Origin: Candidatus Latescibacterota bacterium
GTDB taxonomy: Bacteria; Latescibacterota; UBA2968; UBA8231
NCBI GenBank assembly: GCA_965206595.1
Contig: OZ242214.1
Coordinates: forward strand, 3,616,001 to 3,680,000
DNA: 64,000 nt
Direction of reading: 5' to 3'
Part shown: positions 47,864-58,215 of the stretch, one piece after another
How positions within the stretch are numbered: the first letter of the stretch is position 1
Layout: every line of letters begins with the position of its first letter
The notes under the pieces: generated by a model
Told to the model about the DNA's origin: nothing
The model's database searches: none
Seen by the model: only the letters and a program-made list of their open reading frames with translations
Position numbers and translations under genes: made by a program

Positions 47864-48616
47864 ATGCCGTTCTTCCGTGTTGCCGCCCTTGCGGCCCTTC
47901 TGCTCTCGGGCTGCGCGGGTAAGAAGGAGGAACCGCTGAAGGGAGTCGAATACTACCACCAGGAGGGCATGCAGTCCCTCGAGCGCAAGCGCTACCTGCG
48001 GGCGGTCGAGATGTTCCAGCGGGTGGTCAGCAACTTCCCCGGCTCAGCCCTCATAGCCGAGGCCCAGTTCCACTTGGCCGAGGCCTACTTCGGCATGGAG
48101 GACTTCGTCAACGCCGTCTTCGAGTACCAGCGGCTGGTCGAATCCTACCCGCACAGCAGCTACGTCGACCGCGCCCAGTTCCAGATCGGCGAGTCGCACT
48201 TCATGCAGATGCGCAGCCCGGAGCACGATCAGAAGGAGACCTACGAGGCGCTGACGCATTACCGCCGTTTCATCGAGGACAACCCGCAGAGCCCGCTGCT
48301 GGAAGAGGCCCGTAGTCGCATCGTTTCCTGCCGCTCGCAGCTGGCGAAGAAGCAGTACCTGGCAGGCCGATTTTACCAGAAGCAGGACTATCTCGAGGCC
48401 GCGCGCATCTGCTATGAGGACCTCCTGATCGCCTATCCGGACACGCGCTGGTACTACTGGGGCAAAGCGATGCTCGGCGACATGGACCGCGGCGACGGGG
48501 ATCTCGAGTCGGCGCGCTTGCATTGGAGCGAGGTCGTCGAGCAGTGCCAGGAGGAGGAGCTTCGGCGCAAGGTCGAGAAATGGCTGGAGGAGGTCGGCGA
48601 CGCCGTCGTTGAGTGA
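47864..48616 (+). CDS. bamD: Outer membrane protein assembly factor BamD
   Basis: Lipobox LLSGC, FQRVVSNFPGS...AQF.LA, DQKET.EA, LAKK.Y.AGRFY. Confidence 0.85.
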   Translation: MPFFRVAALAALLLSGCAGKKEEPLKGVEYYHQEGMQSLERKRYLRAVEMFQRVVSNFPGSALIAEAQFHLAEAYFGMEDFVNAVFEYQRLVESYPHSSYVDRAQFQIGESHFMQMRSPEHDQKETYEALTHYRRFIEDNPQSPLLEEARSRIVSCRSQLAKKQYLAGRFYQKQDYLEAARICYEDLLIAYPDTRWYYWGKAMLGDMDRGDGDLESARLHWSEVVEQCQEEELRRKVEKWLEEVGDAVVE

Positions 48617-48619
48617 ATC

Positions 48620-49201
48620 GTGCCGCGCCTCGGAATGATGGGCGGGACCTTCGACCCGATTCACACCGGCCACCTGCTGCTGGCGCAGTTCCTGAGAGAA
48701 CATCTCCTTCTCGACCGGGTGCTTTTCGTTCCCTCTGCGGACCCGCCCCACAAGGAGAACCGGGACGGTGGCCTGCTTGCGGTTGAAGACCGGTGGGCGA
48801 TGGTCTCCGCCGCCCTTGCCAGGGCTCCGGGGTTCGAGCCCTGCCGAATCGAGATCGACCGCCCCGGAAAATCCTACACCGTCGAGACACTGAGGCAGCT
48901 TCGGCAGCAATACCCCGGCAGCGAGATGTTCCTGCTGCTCGGCGCCGACAACGTCGCCGAGCTGGACACCTGGTACGATCCGGAGGGCATCTTCGAGCTC
49001 TGCACCGTGGTCGCCGGCTCACGCCCCGGCGCTCCGTCCTCCGGTTCGCCTCTTGTCCGCCGGGTGACCCTTGTCGAAACCCCAGTGATCGACATCTCAT
49101 CCACCGGCATCCGAGAGCGCGTCCGCGGCGGGCTTTCGATCCGCTGGCTGGTTCCCGACCCGGTCGAATCCTACATACGTGCAAAAGGACTCTACCGGTG
49201 A
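48620..49201 (+). CDS. nadD: Nicotinate-nucleotide adenylyltransferase
   Basis: GGTFDPIHTGH, PPHK, SYTVETL, LLGAD, ISSTGIRER. Confidence 0.96.
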   Translation: MPRLGMMGGTFDPIHTGHLLLAQFLREHLLLDRVLFVPSADPPHKENRDGGLLAVEDRWAMVSAALARAPGFEPCRIEIDRPGKSYTVETLRQLRQQYPGSEMFLLLGADNVAELDTWYDPEGIFELCTVVAGSRPGAPSSGSPLVRRVTLVETPVIDISSTGIRERVRGGLSIRWLVPDPVESYIRAKGLYR

Positions 49202-50367
49202 ACGGCCTCACCCACCTCGAATGCTCCCGCACGGGAGAGCGCTACGACGCCGGCGAGCTGCACAACCTCTCCGCGGCGGGAGCCCCGCTGCTGGCGCGCT
49301 ACGACCTCGACGCGGTCGCCGCCTCCTGGAAACGGGACAGCCTCGCCAGCCGACCCGCGGACATGTGGCGCTACCGGGAGGTGATGCCGCTGCGCCCGGG
49401 GGACGACATCGTGACCCTCGGTGAGGGGTTCACACCGCTGTTCCACGCCGGACGGCTCGGGGCGGAGATCGGACTGCGACAGCTCTACATCAAGGACGAA
49501 TCGACGAACCCGACAGGGTCGTTCAAGGCCCGCGGCCTCTCCGCCGCGGTGACCGCCGCGGCCGCCCGCGGGGCCCGCGCCCTCGCCATACCGACGGCCG
49601 GCAACGCCGGCGGGGCCCTTGCGGCGTACGCCGCGGCCGCCGGTCTCGAGGCGCACGTGTTCATGCCGGCCGACACCCCGGCCGCGTTCCAGATCGAGTG
49701 CCGCTCCTGCGGGGCCCGCCTCGAGCTGGTCGATGGGCTGATCACCGACTGCGGCCGCATCGTCGCCGAGCGCAAGGAAGCGGAAGGGTGGTTCGATCTC
49801 TCGACCCTCAGGGAGCCGTACCGGGTCGAGGGGAAGAAGACGATGGGGTACGAGCTCGCCGAGCAGCTCGCCTGGCAGCTGCCGGACGCGATCGTCTACC
49901 CCACCGGAGGCGGCACCGGACTGATCGGCATGTGGAAGGCGTTCGACGAGATGGAACGGCTCGGTTGGATCGGCTCCTCCAGGCCGCGCATGATCTCGGT
50001 GCAGGCCTCCGGATGTGCCCCGATCGTGCGCGCCCTCGAAGAGGGAACCGACGGCGCGCGGCCCTGGGAGGATGCCTCGACGATAGCTTCCGGCCTGCGG
50101 GTGCCGGCCGCGGTCGCCGACTTTCTGATGCTGCGGGCGATCCGCGAGAGCGGCGGGACCGCCATCGCCGTCAGCGACGGCGAGCTGGTGGCGGCGACGC
50201 ACCGGATGGCGCGGCTCACCGGCATCTTCGCCGCCCCGGAAGGAGGCGCGGCACTGGCGGGAATCGTCGCCCTCAAGGAGCAGGGGTTCATCGACCCCGG
50301 AGACCGCGTCGTGCTCTTCAACACGGGAAGCGGATACAAGTACCTCGAGGCGCTCGGCGTCGGTTGA
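49198..50367 (+). CDS. thrC: Threonine synthase
   Basis: TLGEGFTPL, NPTGSFKARG (PLP lysine), TAGNAG, EGKKT, PTGGG, NTGSGYKY. Confidence 0.88.
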   Translation: MNGLTHLECSRTGERYDAGELHNLSAAGAPLLARYDLDAVAASWKRDSLASRPADMWRYREVMPLRPGDDIVTLGEGFTPLFHAGRLGAEIGLRQLYIKDESTNPTGSFKARGLSAAVTAAAARGARALAIPTAGNAGGALAAYAAAAGLEAHVFMPADTPAAFQIECRSCGARLELVDGLITDCGRIVAERKEAEGWFDLSTLREPYRVEGKKTMGYELAEQLAWQLPDAIVYPTGGGTGLIGMWKAFDEMERLGWIGSSRPRMISVQASGCAPIVRALEEGTDGARPWEDASTIASGLRVPAAVADFLMLRAIRESGGTAIAVSDGELVAATHRMARLTGIFAAPEGGAALAGIVALKEQGFIDPGDRVVLFNTGSGYKYLEALGVG

Positions 50368-50428
50368 CGATGCCGGGGCCATCGCCTAACTTGAGTGCCC
50401 ACTGTGACTTGCGCGCAAAGCGCGGTGT

Positions 50429-50505
50429 GCACCTATAGCTCAATTGGATAGAGCACCTGACTACGGATCAGGAGGTTGGGGGTTCGAATCCCTCTGGGTG
50501 CACCA
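50429..50505 (+). tRNA. tRNA-Arg(ACG)
   Basis: Acceptor GCACCTA/TGGGTGC, anticodon arm CCTGA-CTACGGA-TCAGG and encoded CCA. Confidence 0.96.
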
Positions 50506-50517
50506 TCTGTTTCATTG

Positions 50518-50559
50518 ACGAGCAAGCGATCCGGAAAACCGGGTCGCTTGTTTCGTTTT
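50518..50559 (+). terminator. Intrinsic terminator after tRNA-Arg(ACG)
   Basis: CAAGCGATCCGG-AAAA-CCGGGTCGCTTG followed by TTTCGTTTT. Confidence 0.7.
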
Positions 50560-50685
50560 ATGTATCCGCCGGCCCGCAAGGAGGTCACGAAGGTTGACCA
50601 CTGGATGGGAGTCGGCATGGTCGCTTTTCCTCGACAGCTCTGGAATCTCGTCGGTGCTCTGTTGGTTTCTCGCTTCCGCCGCGCT

Positions 50686-51210
50686 CACCCGGGGTACGAG
50701 GCGATACCGAATGTGATGTACCGCAACCTTGAAGGGACCGTTTTAGCGGACGTGACCATGGCTGGCGGCTTCGGCCACCTGCAGAAGGGCCATGTAGTCT
50801 CCTTCACAGACCATCGACTAAAGGCGGTAACTAGTACATCTGCATTCAGATGGGGCTGCTTCACCGGAGACGCGTTCGGGAACGCGCTGTCGAGAATCCA
50901 TAGTTCGACAACAATCGGATCAAAACGCGGCTTGCGGGTTGTGGAGTCGAACCGGCCGGGGTCGGGGCGCGCATCCGCTGCGAAATCCGGGCGGTAGAAG
51001 CGCCCCTCGGTGTACAATCACGTCAACAGCCGCGGGAGCTTCGGAGCGACCCTATTCATGCAGGTGATCGGGTTCGGAAAGGCACGCATATCGAGGTGCT
51101 GGAGGTCTACTGGCGACGAGCGATCGGCTCCAGACCTGCCGCGAGTCGCAGTTGACCCATCAATCCTCATCACCGAGGGGGAGGACAGTTTCGAGCGCCT
51201 GCCGCGCTGA
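50686..51210 (+). pseudogene. Heavily decayed 3' half of a CRTAC1/ASPIC-UnbV gene
   Basis: Across frames: PNVMYRN...DVTMAGGFGHLQKGH, GDAFGNAL, SNR..GARIR, YNHVNSRGSFGA...QVIGFGKA, LEVYW, ILITEG. Confidence 0.7.
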
Positions 51211-51397
51211 GAAGCTGATGGCCGACCGGCCACTCCGCAGGGAAGGCTGTCTTGCACCGCAATGACGATCCGGCTACCCTCTTCGACACCGGCGCGCTGC
51301 GCTTTTTCGACGCCGTCCACCGGGCGGCAAGGGCAGCAATAGGGCACACAATCATCGCCGACCCAAGGCGGCCCTACACTTCGCCCACACGGTCGTG

Positions 51398-51571
51398 ATG
51401 CACCGCCACATCCTCAAAGACCTGATTGACGCGCACGAAAACGGGCAGAGGACCATCGGCATCGTCGCCGTCACCCAGGCCTGCATCGACATCACCGAAA
51501 GTCACGATCATGGTGGTGCTTGGCTGGACATGCCGCTGGAAAATCGGGGCTTGTACGTCTTTCACGACTAA
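51398..51571 (+). pseudogene. Orphan C-terminal gene fragment, possibly from a Gfo/Idh/MocA oxidoreductase
   Basis: 57-codon protein-like stretch LKDLIDAHENG...ACIDITESHDHGGAWLDMPLENRGLYVFHD*. The family guess is from memory of similar C-termini. Confidence 0.35.
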
Positions 51572-51633
51572 GGTATTCGCGGGGATGGTCGCATCAGATA
51601 TCATCGCCAGACAAAACATACGATAGCTTTTCG

Positions 51634-53625
51634 ATGAAAGATCAGTCACAACGCGCCCAAGCCGTCTTGGAGGCATCTGAGCCGAGACAGGGCGACATGT
51701 GGTCGATTACACCCCGCGGCTTCATCGTCGGATGCCTGATGGCAGCTACTATCGCCATCGCCGTCCCCTACGGCGGCATGGTCATCCAGGGTTCCCGCCT
51801 GGGCCTGAGTGCCTGTACCCCCGCCGCCTTCTTCCTCTTCTTCGTTTTTCTGCTTACGGTTCAGGTTGTCCTTGGAGTGCTAAATCGGGCGTGGCTCCTC
51901 AAGCCGGGAGAGCTGATCGTTGTTTTCATAATGATGATGATGGCCACCGCCATCCCAACCCGTGGCGTGGTAGGCATGCTTTTGCCCATGATTACGGGCA
52001 CCTTCTACTTCGCCACGCCGGAAAACAGCTGGGCCGAGCTCATCCATCCCTTCCTGCAGGATTGGATGGTGCTTTTCGACGCGGATGCAGTCAAGGGATT
52101 TTACGAGGGCACGAGCTCCGAAATCCCATGGGGGTTGTGGGCACCACTGCTACTGAGATGGCTGCTTTTCTTCGCCGCGTTCCACCTCACCTTTCTGTGT
52201 TCCCTGGCGATTCTCAGACGCCAGTGGGTCGAGCATCAGCGCCTGGTTTTCCCTTTGGCTCAGGTCCCGCTGGCCATGATTCAGGCTGGCGAAAAAGCCG
52301 ATTCCATCATCAAGCCGTTCTTCAAGAATCCGGTAATGTGGGTCGGCTTCCTGCTCTCCTTCTGCCTGAACAGCACGAATGCATTGCATCACTACTTCGA
52401 GTCCATCCCCGCTCTCATGACCCAGTTCAGCACGGTCATCTTCCGGGACCACGTCCCGCTGAGCTTTCGCATCAACTTTCTGATGTTCGGTTTCGCCTAC
52501 TTCATCGGCTCCAACGTCTCCTTCAGCCTCTGGTTCTTCTACGTCCTCCACTTGATCCAGGTCGGCGTCTTCAACATCGTAGGCATTACCAATCCGGAGA
52601 AACTCGGGCACTGGACCGATTCGGGCCCCGTGGGCGCCATCATTGCCCATCAGATGATGGGCGCCCTCACCGTCCTCGTCCTGTTCGGTCTGTGGACCGG
52701 GCGCTCCCACATCAAAGAAGTGCTGTGGAAAGCATGGGACAAAAACGCCCCCGTCGACGATTCGCGGGAGATCATGTCCTACCGGTTCGCCGTTTTCGGG
52801 TTCCTCGTCGGGATCGGTACGATGTGGGTGTTCCTGTGGAAAACGGGTATTCCCGCCTGGATCGTACCGCTCTTCATCTTCGCAGCTCTCATTATCTGGA
52901 TCGGCTTGGCTCGAGCCGTCGCCGAGGCCGGCATTCCGACCATCACCCCAGCCATCGTGCCCGCCGGTTTTGTCATCTCCACCGTCGGCGTTCCTGCTCT
53001 GGGGATAAAGGGCATTGTCGCCACGGGAATGACACTCACCTGGGGAGGGGATCTTCTCGCCTTCATCACCGCTCCCATGGCAAATGCCATCCGTCTGGGC
53101 AGCGAAGTGACCAGGCACAGACGTGTCGTGTTCAGCGCCATGGCAACTGCCCTGCTCATCAGCTTGGTCCTCTCTGCTTGCTTCCTCGTGTACCTCGCCT
53201 ATCGGGACGGCGCACTGAATCTGCATTCCCAGTACTTCACAGGCTTTGCCCGTGCCCCCTCACAGCTGGCCGTCATGAAGCTCAACTCCCCCACCGGTCC
53301 CAACCTGGTGGGGTTGCTGTGGACAGGCGCCGGCGGCCTGATCATGGCCGCCTTGATGTTTGCCCGCCACTTATTTGTATGGTGGCCCTTCCACCCCATC
53401 GGTTTTGCCGCCAGTGCGAGCTGGGCGCTGGATGCAACTTGGCTTTCTATCTTTTTTGCCTGGCTTATCAAGGTCATCGTTCTGCAGTTCGGTGGCCCAA
53501 CCATATACGAGAAGACCAAGCCGTTTTTCATGGGAATCATCATGGGGCAGTTCGTGGTGGGCGGGTTCTGGGTGATCGTCGACGCCTTCACCGGCATGCG
53601 AGGCAACGTCATCCGGGTGTACTGA
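51634..53625 (+). CDS. Large polytopic membrane protein (DUF6785/DUF6784-like)
   Basis: LKPGELI, FYFATPENSW, ILRRQW....LVFPL, RAVAEAG, WWPFHPIG, GG...YEKTKPFFMGIIMG. Confidence 0.75.
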   Translation: MKDQSQRAQAVLEASEPRQGDMWSITPRGFIVGCLMAATIAIAVPYGGMVIQGSRLGLSACTPAAFFLFFVFLLTVQVVLGVLNRAWLLKPGELIVVFIMMMMATAIPTRGVVGMLLPMITGTFYFATPENSWAELIHPFLQDWMVLFDADAVKGFYEGTSSEIPWGLWAPLLLRWLLFFAAFHLTFLCSLAILRRQWVEHQRLVFPLAQVPLAMIQAGEKADSIIKPFFKNPVMWVGFLLSFCLNSTNALHHYFESIPALMTQFSTVIFRDHVPLSFRINFLMFGFAYFIGSNVSFSLWFFYVLHLIQVGVFNIVGITNPEKLGHWTDSGPVGAIIAHQMMGALTVLVLFGLWTGRSHIKEVLWKAWDKNAPVDDSREIMSYRFAVFGFLVGIGTMWVFLWKTGIPAWIVPLFIFAALIIWIGLARAVAEAGIPTITPAIVPAGFVISTVGVPALGIKGIVATGMTLTWGGDLLAFITAPMANAIRLGSEVTRHRRVVFSAMATALLISLVLSACFLVYLAYRDGALNLHSQYFTGFARAPSQLAVMKLNSPTGPNLVGLLWTGAGGLIMAALMFARHLFVWWPFHPIGFAASASWALDATWLSIFFAWLIKVIVLQFGGPTIYEKTKPFFMGIIMGQFVVGGFWVIVDAFTGMRGNVIRVY

Positions 53626-53667
53626 CGCGCTTGCGGGCACTGATCACCTTCTATGACACACCGATCC

Positions 53668-54354
53668 TCAAGGCGTTAAAAAAGCCTCTGGCCCCAGCAC
53701 CGCTGTCGTGAACCGGACTTTTCGGATGGCGCCTTTGTACCAATACACCTTGTTGAGGCGCACGCCCAGCGATGTTCCGCCCTGCGTCTGCGCCTCAAAC
53801 ATGACGTCGCAGGACATTTCAAATCTGCCGTTGACATAATGACGCATTTCTTTGCCGTCTAAAACGATTGCTGCGTGATACCAGCGGCCTATGGGGTGCT
53901 TGAAGTCCTTTGCATAGAGGGTGTAGTTGTTTTCGCCAGATTTCACAAAGGTATCCAGGAACCAATGGTCGTCGTCGGTGAGGCGGGTTTCGAACATCAC
54001 GCGATCTTCGCTGTCGTCTTCTTGCATGTGGAAGAAACGTTGCTCTTTCAAGCCATTCGGGTAGGGCTGGAAGATGACTTCAACGGTAAAGACCTCGGCG
54101 CCGGCCAAGGGATGCGTGGGCAGGAAGATGCCGTCATCATCGCCGTCAAACTCCAGGACCTTTCCGTTTGTTGTTACGATCACCTTCGGATTGCCCACCA
54201 CTTCCACTTTATGCCCGCTGACTGTCTCCAGATTGTCCAGTTCCCAGACCACCTGTTTCACAAGCTTTCCCTCCTGGCCACCTGTGGACGACACGCAGGC
54301 CAAGCACAAAAATAAGCACAACATCTTGCCTTTCACGAATTCGCCTGTTCCCAT
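53668..54354 (-). CDS. Secreted LamG/concanavalin A-like domain protein
   Basis: Signal peptide, LEFDGDDD, FTVEVIF, GRWYHAAIVLDG...YVNG, YKGAIRKVRF. Confidence 0.8.
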   Translation of the reverse strand: MGTGEFVKGKMLCLFLCLACVSSTGGQEGKLVKQVVWELDNLETVSGHKVEVVGNPKVIVTTNGKVLEFDGDDDGIFLPTHPLAGAEVFTVEVIFQPYPNGLKEQRFFHMQEDDSEDRVMFETRLTDDDHWFLDTFVKSGENNYTLYAKDFKHPIGRWYHAAIVLDGKEMRHYVNGRFEMSCDVMFEAQTQGGTSLGVRLNKVYWYKGAIRKVRFTTAVLGPEAFLTP

Positions 54355-54377
54355 CGGTACTCTTGAATGGCTTGGCT

Positions 54378-56075
54378 TCAGAGGCCCTCTTCGACCACTG
54401 AATAGGCATTTATTGGCAGATCCGTCAAACGCTGCAGGGCCCCTCCCGGCCAATGAACATGAAGCGAATCGACTGCTGTTGCCTGGCCCAAGCCAAAGTG
54501 CAGACGCCGATCGCTGCTGCTCAAAAAACTGTCGCCGCAGAGCACATCCCGCCTTTGCTGCTGTCCCCCACTCCACAAGTACACCTTGGCCCCAACCCCC
54601 TGGCTATTGGCCCCTACCCCCACCAGAGACAGCCCCAGCCAATTGTGCTGCCCAACAGCGACGTTGCGCAACAGCGTCGGCCGCTCGTCGAGATTGGTTA
54701 CAAAGAGGTCCGGGCGACCATCGTTGTCAAAATCTCCTGCTACCACACCCCGACTTACTGCTCCAGTTCGGGCCGCCCCTGCCGCCGGCCACACCAAGGT
54801 AAAATGGCCGCCGTCGTTGTCGTAAAGGTGGTTGGCTTGCCCGTAGGTAGTAGCACTTCCCGTCACCTCCACCTGGGGATAGACATGGCCGTTGGCGACA
54901 AAGAGATCCAAGTCCGCGTCGTTGTCATAGTCGATAAAAACCGTTCCGAACCCCACAAGAGGTAGACTGGTGCGGGCGAGACCCACGGCAAAGCTAATGT
55001 CTTTAAAAGTGCCGTCCCCCCCATTGCGGTAGAGGGTGTTGTAATCGTCCTCAAAATTGCTGACGAAGAGATCGGCCTCCCCATCGTTGTCGTAGTCGCC
55101 TAAAGCCACCCCCATCCCGGCCTGGGGCAGTCCCATTTCGTTAAAAGCCGCATTGGCCTGCAGACCAATCTCGACAAAGGTGCCATCGCCGTTGTTGCGG
55201 TAGAGGAAATTGGGCGTCGAGTCGTTGGCGATGTATAGATCGGCATCGCCGTCGCTGTCGAGGTCGGCGAACAGCACCCCAAACCCGTAACCTGGTTCCT
55301 CTTGCCCGACCCCACTGGACGCGGTGATGTTGGCAAAGGTACCATCACTATTATTGCGAAAGAGCAGGTCGGGCACCGCCGGCAGGCTCAAAGGGCCGAC
55401 AAAGACATCTTTGCCTTTCCACTGCGTTCCCAAGGGCCGAATGGCTTCTAACTCGAAATCGGCATAGTTGGCCACGTATAGATCCAAGTCGCCGTCCAGA
55501 TCGCAATCTCCCATAGCCGCGCCGGTACTCCACTCCGGCGCTTCCACTCCCGCCTGAGTCGTCACATCGGCAAAGTCCCCTTTGCCATCGTTGCGGTAGA
55601 GGATATTCTGCTGCAGGCAGGTGACATACAAATCGACATCGCCGTCGTTGTCGTAGTCGGCACTCAGCGCCCCCATTCCCCAGCCGTAGCCCGGCGCCCC
55701 CTGCGCAGTGGCCACATCGGCAAAGCCCCTTTCGCCGTCGTTGCGGTAGAGGGCATTGCCCCCGCCTTGCCCCAAGTCTTCCAGCTGGGCGCCATTGACC
55801 CAATAAATGTCCAGATCGCCATCGCCCTCGGCATCCAACAATGCTGCACCTCCGCCTTTAGCCTCGACGATATATCGCTTTTCCGAGCCACCGCCCATAT
55901 GGCGACGGGTCACGCCCCACGCCGCCGACATATCGACAAAAGGGCCATGCGCATCTGTTGCGGTTGACGCGGGAAGATTGGCTGGTGGAGTGGATTGAGA
56001 ACAGGTTGCCAAAGCGAACAACGCCAAAGCGAGGGGGGCGGATAATCCGCTCGGACATTTTCCAGCTGTTGACAT
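54378..56075 (-). CDS. CRTAC1-like FG-GAP propeller with ASPIC/UnbV domain
   Basis: DYDNDG repeats, AGMGVALGD, ANGHVYP and C-terminal NSQGVGAKV...LHFGLG...VHWPGG. Confidence 0.88.
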   Translation of the reverse strand: MSTAGKCPSGLSAPLALALFALATCSQSTPPANLPASTATDAHGPFVDMSAAWGVTRRHMGGGSEKRYIVEAKGGGAALLDAEGDGDLDIYWVNGAQLEDLGQGGGNALYRNDGERGFADVATAQGAPGYGWGMGALSADYDNDGDVDLYVTCLQQNILYRNDGKGDFADVTTQAGVEAPEWSTGAAMGDCDLDGDLDLYVANYADFELEAIRPLGTQWKGKDVFVGPLSLPAVPDLLFRNNSDGTFANITASSGVGQEEPGYGFGVLFADLDSDGDADLYIANDSTPNFLYRNNGDGTFVEIGLQANAAFNEMGLPQAGMGVALGDYDNDGEADLFVSNFEDDYNTLYRNGGDGTFKDISFAVGLARTSLPLVGFGTVFIDYDNDADLDLFVANGHVYPQVEVTGSATTYGQANHLYDNDGGHFTLVWPAAGAARTGAVSRGVVAGDFDNDGRPDLFVTNLDERPTLLRNVAVGQHNWLGLSLVGVGANSQGVGAKVYLWSGGQQQRRDVLCGDSFLSSSDRRLHFGLGQATAVDSLHVHWPGGALQRLTDLPINAYSVVEEGL

Positions 56076-56172
56076 AAAGCTCCTGACGCCCTCTTGACAC
56101 TCCGGCAGAGAGTGCATTACTTGCGCTTTTACAGTCACCCGCCGGAAGGGGCTCCCCGGAGGAATCCATTAA

Positions 56173-58143
56173 GTGCAGTCCCCGAGGCTATTTCTCATTG
56201 CCTTGACGTGCCTGATCGCCGCCTGCGGCGCTGACGATGGCCTTGTTGTCGCCGAGGTCGACAGCTACTCCATTACCGCTCCAGCGCTCCGGACCTATGT
56301 CGAACGACTTCCACCCAACCTTCAAATAGTCGCCGGAGATTCCACCGCAAAGCGCCAATATCTCCAAGCGCTCATCGACCGCCGACTGCTGCTCTTAGAA
56401 GCCCGTGCCCGCGGCTTGGACACCACCGGCGCCGTGAAACAAACCCAAGCGACCGCCGACAGCCCCGAGAGTGAAAATCTACTGCTCGAAGTCCTGAAAA
56501 ACACCGTTGGCGATTCATCCCTTTCCGAAGGTGAAATCCGCCGCTTCTACCGCAACCGTCCCGAACTTTTCTACGACGAATCCACCCAGACACCACAACC
56601 ATACGAAAAAGCCGGGGCTCGTGCCCGCAGCCTTTTGTTGGGCCAGCGCAGCGAAACAGATCTGCAACTGCTTTTGGCTCAGGTACGGCAAAAATACCAC
56701 CCGCAGATCCGCGTCTACCCCGACCGCCTCGAGCGTGCCCTGAGCGATTCCCTGCTCCAAACCAGAGACCAGCGGCGCGCGGTCCAGCTCAGCCGCCGCG
56801 GCGGCGCTTTACTGCAGCAGGGCCGGCCTCGCCGGGCCCTCACCGCGTTGGAGCGGGCAATAGCATTTAACCCTGCTTTGGACAAAGCTCACTTCAATCG
56901 CGGCCTTGCCCACGCCCGCCTCAACCAACACGACCAGGCCCTGTCCGCCTTCGAACGGGCAATCGAACTCAATCACCACACCGGCGACTACTTTTACGCT
57001 CTCGGCGCCGCCCTGCAGGCCCAACACCGCTATGCCGAAGCGGCTATTCACTTGCAAAGAGCAATCGAGCTGGCCCCAGACCAACCCCACTACCACTTCC
57101 GCCTGGGAGAGACTTTTCGCTCCCTTGTCGCCCTCGAAGAGGCTCGAAGGGCCTACGCCGCCGCCCTCCGTCTGCAACCGGACCTAAGCGATGCCCGCTA
57201 CCGGTACAGCGACCTGCTCGGCCGCAGCGGCGATCTGGTGGGGGCGGCCGAGGGCTTTGAACGCATCCTTGTCCAAGAGCCGCGCAATGTCTCAGCCCTT
57301 GTCGGATTGGCCTGGGTCCACACCAAAGCTGAACAGCACCACCGAGCCGTCCTATCCCTGCAACAGGCCACCCGTCTGGCGCCCGATAATGCCAACGCCC
57401 ACTATCTTTTGAGCCAGGCCTACGCCCAAATCGATCAGCAAGCCCAAGCCGATTCCGTACTGGTAATTTTCAAGCGCCTGAGCACCGCCGAGCGCCACTA
57501 CAACGAGGGCGTCAAGAACATCAAACAAAGAAACTGGGGTCGGGCCAGCGCCCTTTTGACCCAGGCTATCCAGATCGATTCCACCTACCTGCAGGCCTAT
57601 GTCGGCCTGGGCAAGGTGCATCTCTACCAAAATGCTCCGGACAAAGGCATCGCTGTTTTTGCGCGAGCCCTCGACCTCGATTCCAGCAACCTCGAAGTCC
57701 GCTGCCTTCTGGGCGAAGCGCATCTTGTAAGAGAAAAACCCGACTCGGCCCAGCATTTCTTTGCCGGCGCTCTTGACCTGGATTCTACCTCGGTGCGGGC
57801 GCACTACGGCCGGGGCCAAGCGGCCTATCAAAGCGGCGACTGGGCCGCCGCGCTAGCCGCCTTCCAAGCAGCGCTAACCATCGATGCCGACCACGGCGAC
57901 ACCTACTACCAGTTGGGCCTGACTTACTTGAAGCTGGGCAAACACCGCAAGGCGGCATACAGCCTGCAGCAATGTCTCGAGATCGACCCTGACGATGTTC
58001 AGGCCAACTACGCACTGGGCACTTTGTATATGCATTACGGCGAACCGCAGCTGGCACGGCGGGCCTTCGACAAAGTGCTCGAGCAAGACCCCAACTACGC
58101 AAAAGCGCGAGAGAAGCGGGCGCAACTCGAGCACGAAAACTGA
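56173..58143 (+). CDS. Lipoprotein with SurA/PrsA-like N-terminal chaperone segment and about 12 TPRs
   Basis: Lipobox LIAAC, VVAEVD..SIT, LQALIDRRLLLLEARARGLD, EIRRFY, then tandem TPRs (A..LAPD...AHY.L). Confidence 0.8.
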   Translation: MQSPRLFLIALTCLIAACGADDGLVVAEVDSYSITAPALRTYVERLPPNLQIVAGDSTAKRQYLQALIDRRLLLLEARARGLDTTGAVKQTQATADSPESENLLLEVLKNTVGDSSLSEGEIRRFYRNRPELFYDESTQTPQPYEKAGARARSLLLGQRSETDLQLLLAQVRQKYHPQIRVYPDRLERALSDSLLQTRDQRRAVQLSRRGGALLQQGRPRRALTALERAIAFNPALDKAHFNRGLAHARLNQHDQALSAFERAIELNHHTGDYFYALGAALQAQHRYAEAAIHLQRAIELAPDQPHYHFRLGETFRSLVALEEARRAYAAALRLQPDLSDARYRYSDLLGRSGDLVGAAEGFERILVQEPRNVSALVGLAWVHTKAEQHHRAVLSLQQATRLAPDNANAHYLLSQAYAQIDQQAQADSVLVIFKRLSTAERHYNEGVKNIKQRNWGRASALLTQAIQIDSTYLQAYVGLGKVHLYQNAPDKGIAVFARALDLDSSNLEVRCLLGEAHLVREKPDSAQHFFAGALDLDSTSVRAHYGRGQAAYQSGDWAAALAAFQAALTIDADHGDTYYQLGLTYLKLGKHRKAAYSLQQCLEIDPDDVQANYALGTLYMHYGEPQLARRAFDKVLEQDPNYAKAREKRAQLEHEN

Positions 58144-58215
58144 AATGGCGGGAATGGGGGTCGGGGACGCGATCGGCTTGACCGCTTCGCTCACCGGCAG
58201 CGAAACTGGCGGGTG

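Noticed and set aside
51340-51380. HNHRRPKAAL resembling the integrase-core YNxxRPH motif
   Set aside because: Too short, with no surrounding DDE-domain similarity.
51699-53711. 670-aa alternative-frame ORF over the DUF6785-like gene
   Set aside because: Arg/His/Pro-rich off-frame read of a hydrophobic gene with no protein-like signal.
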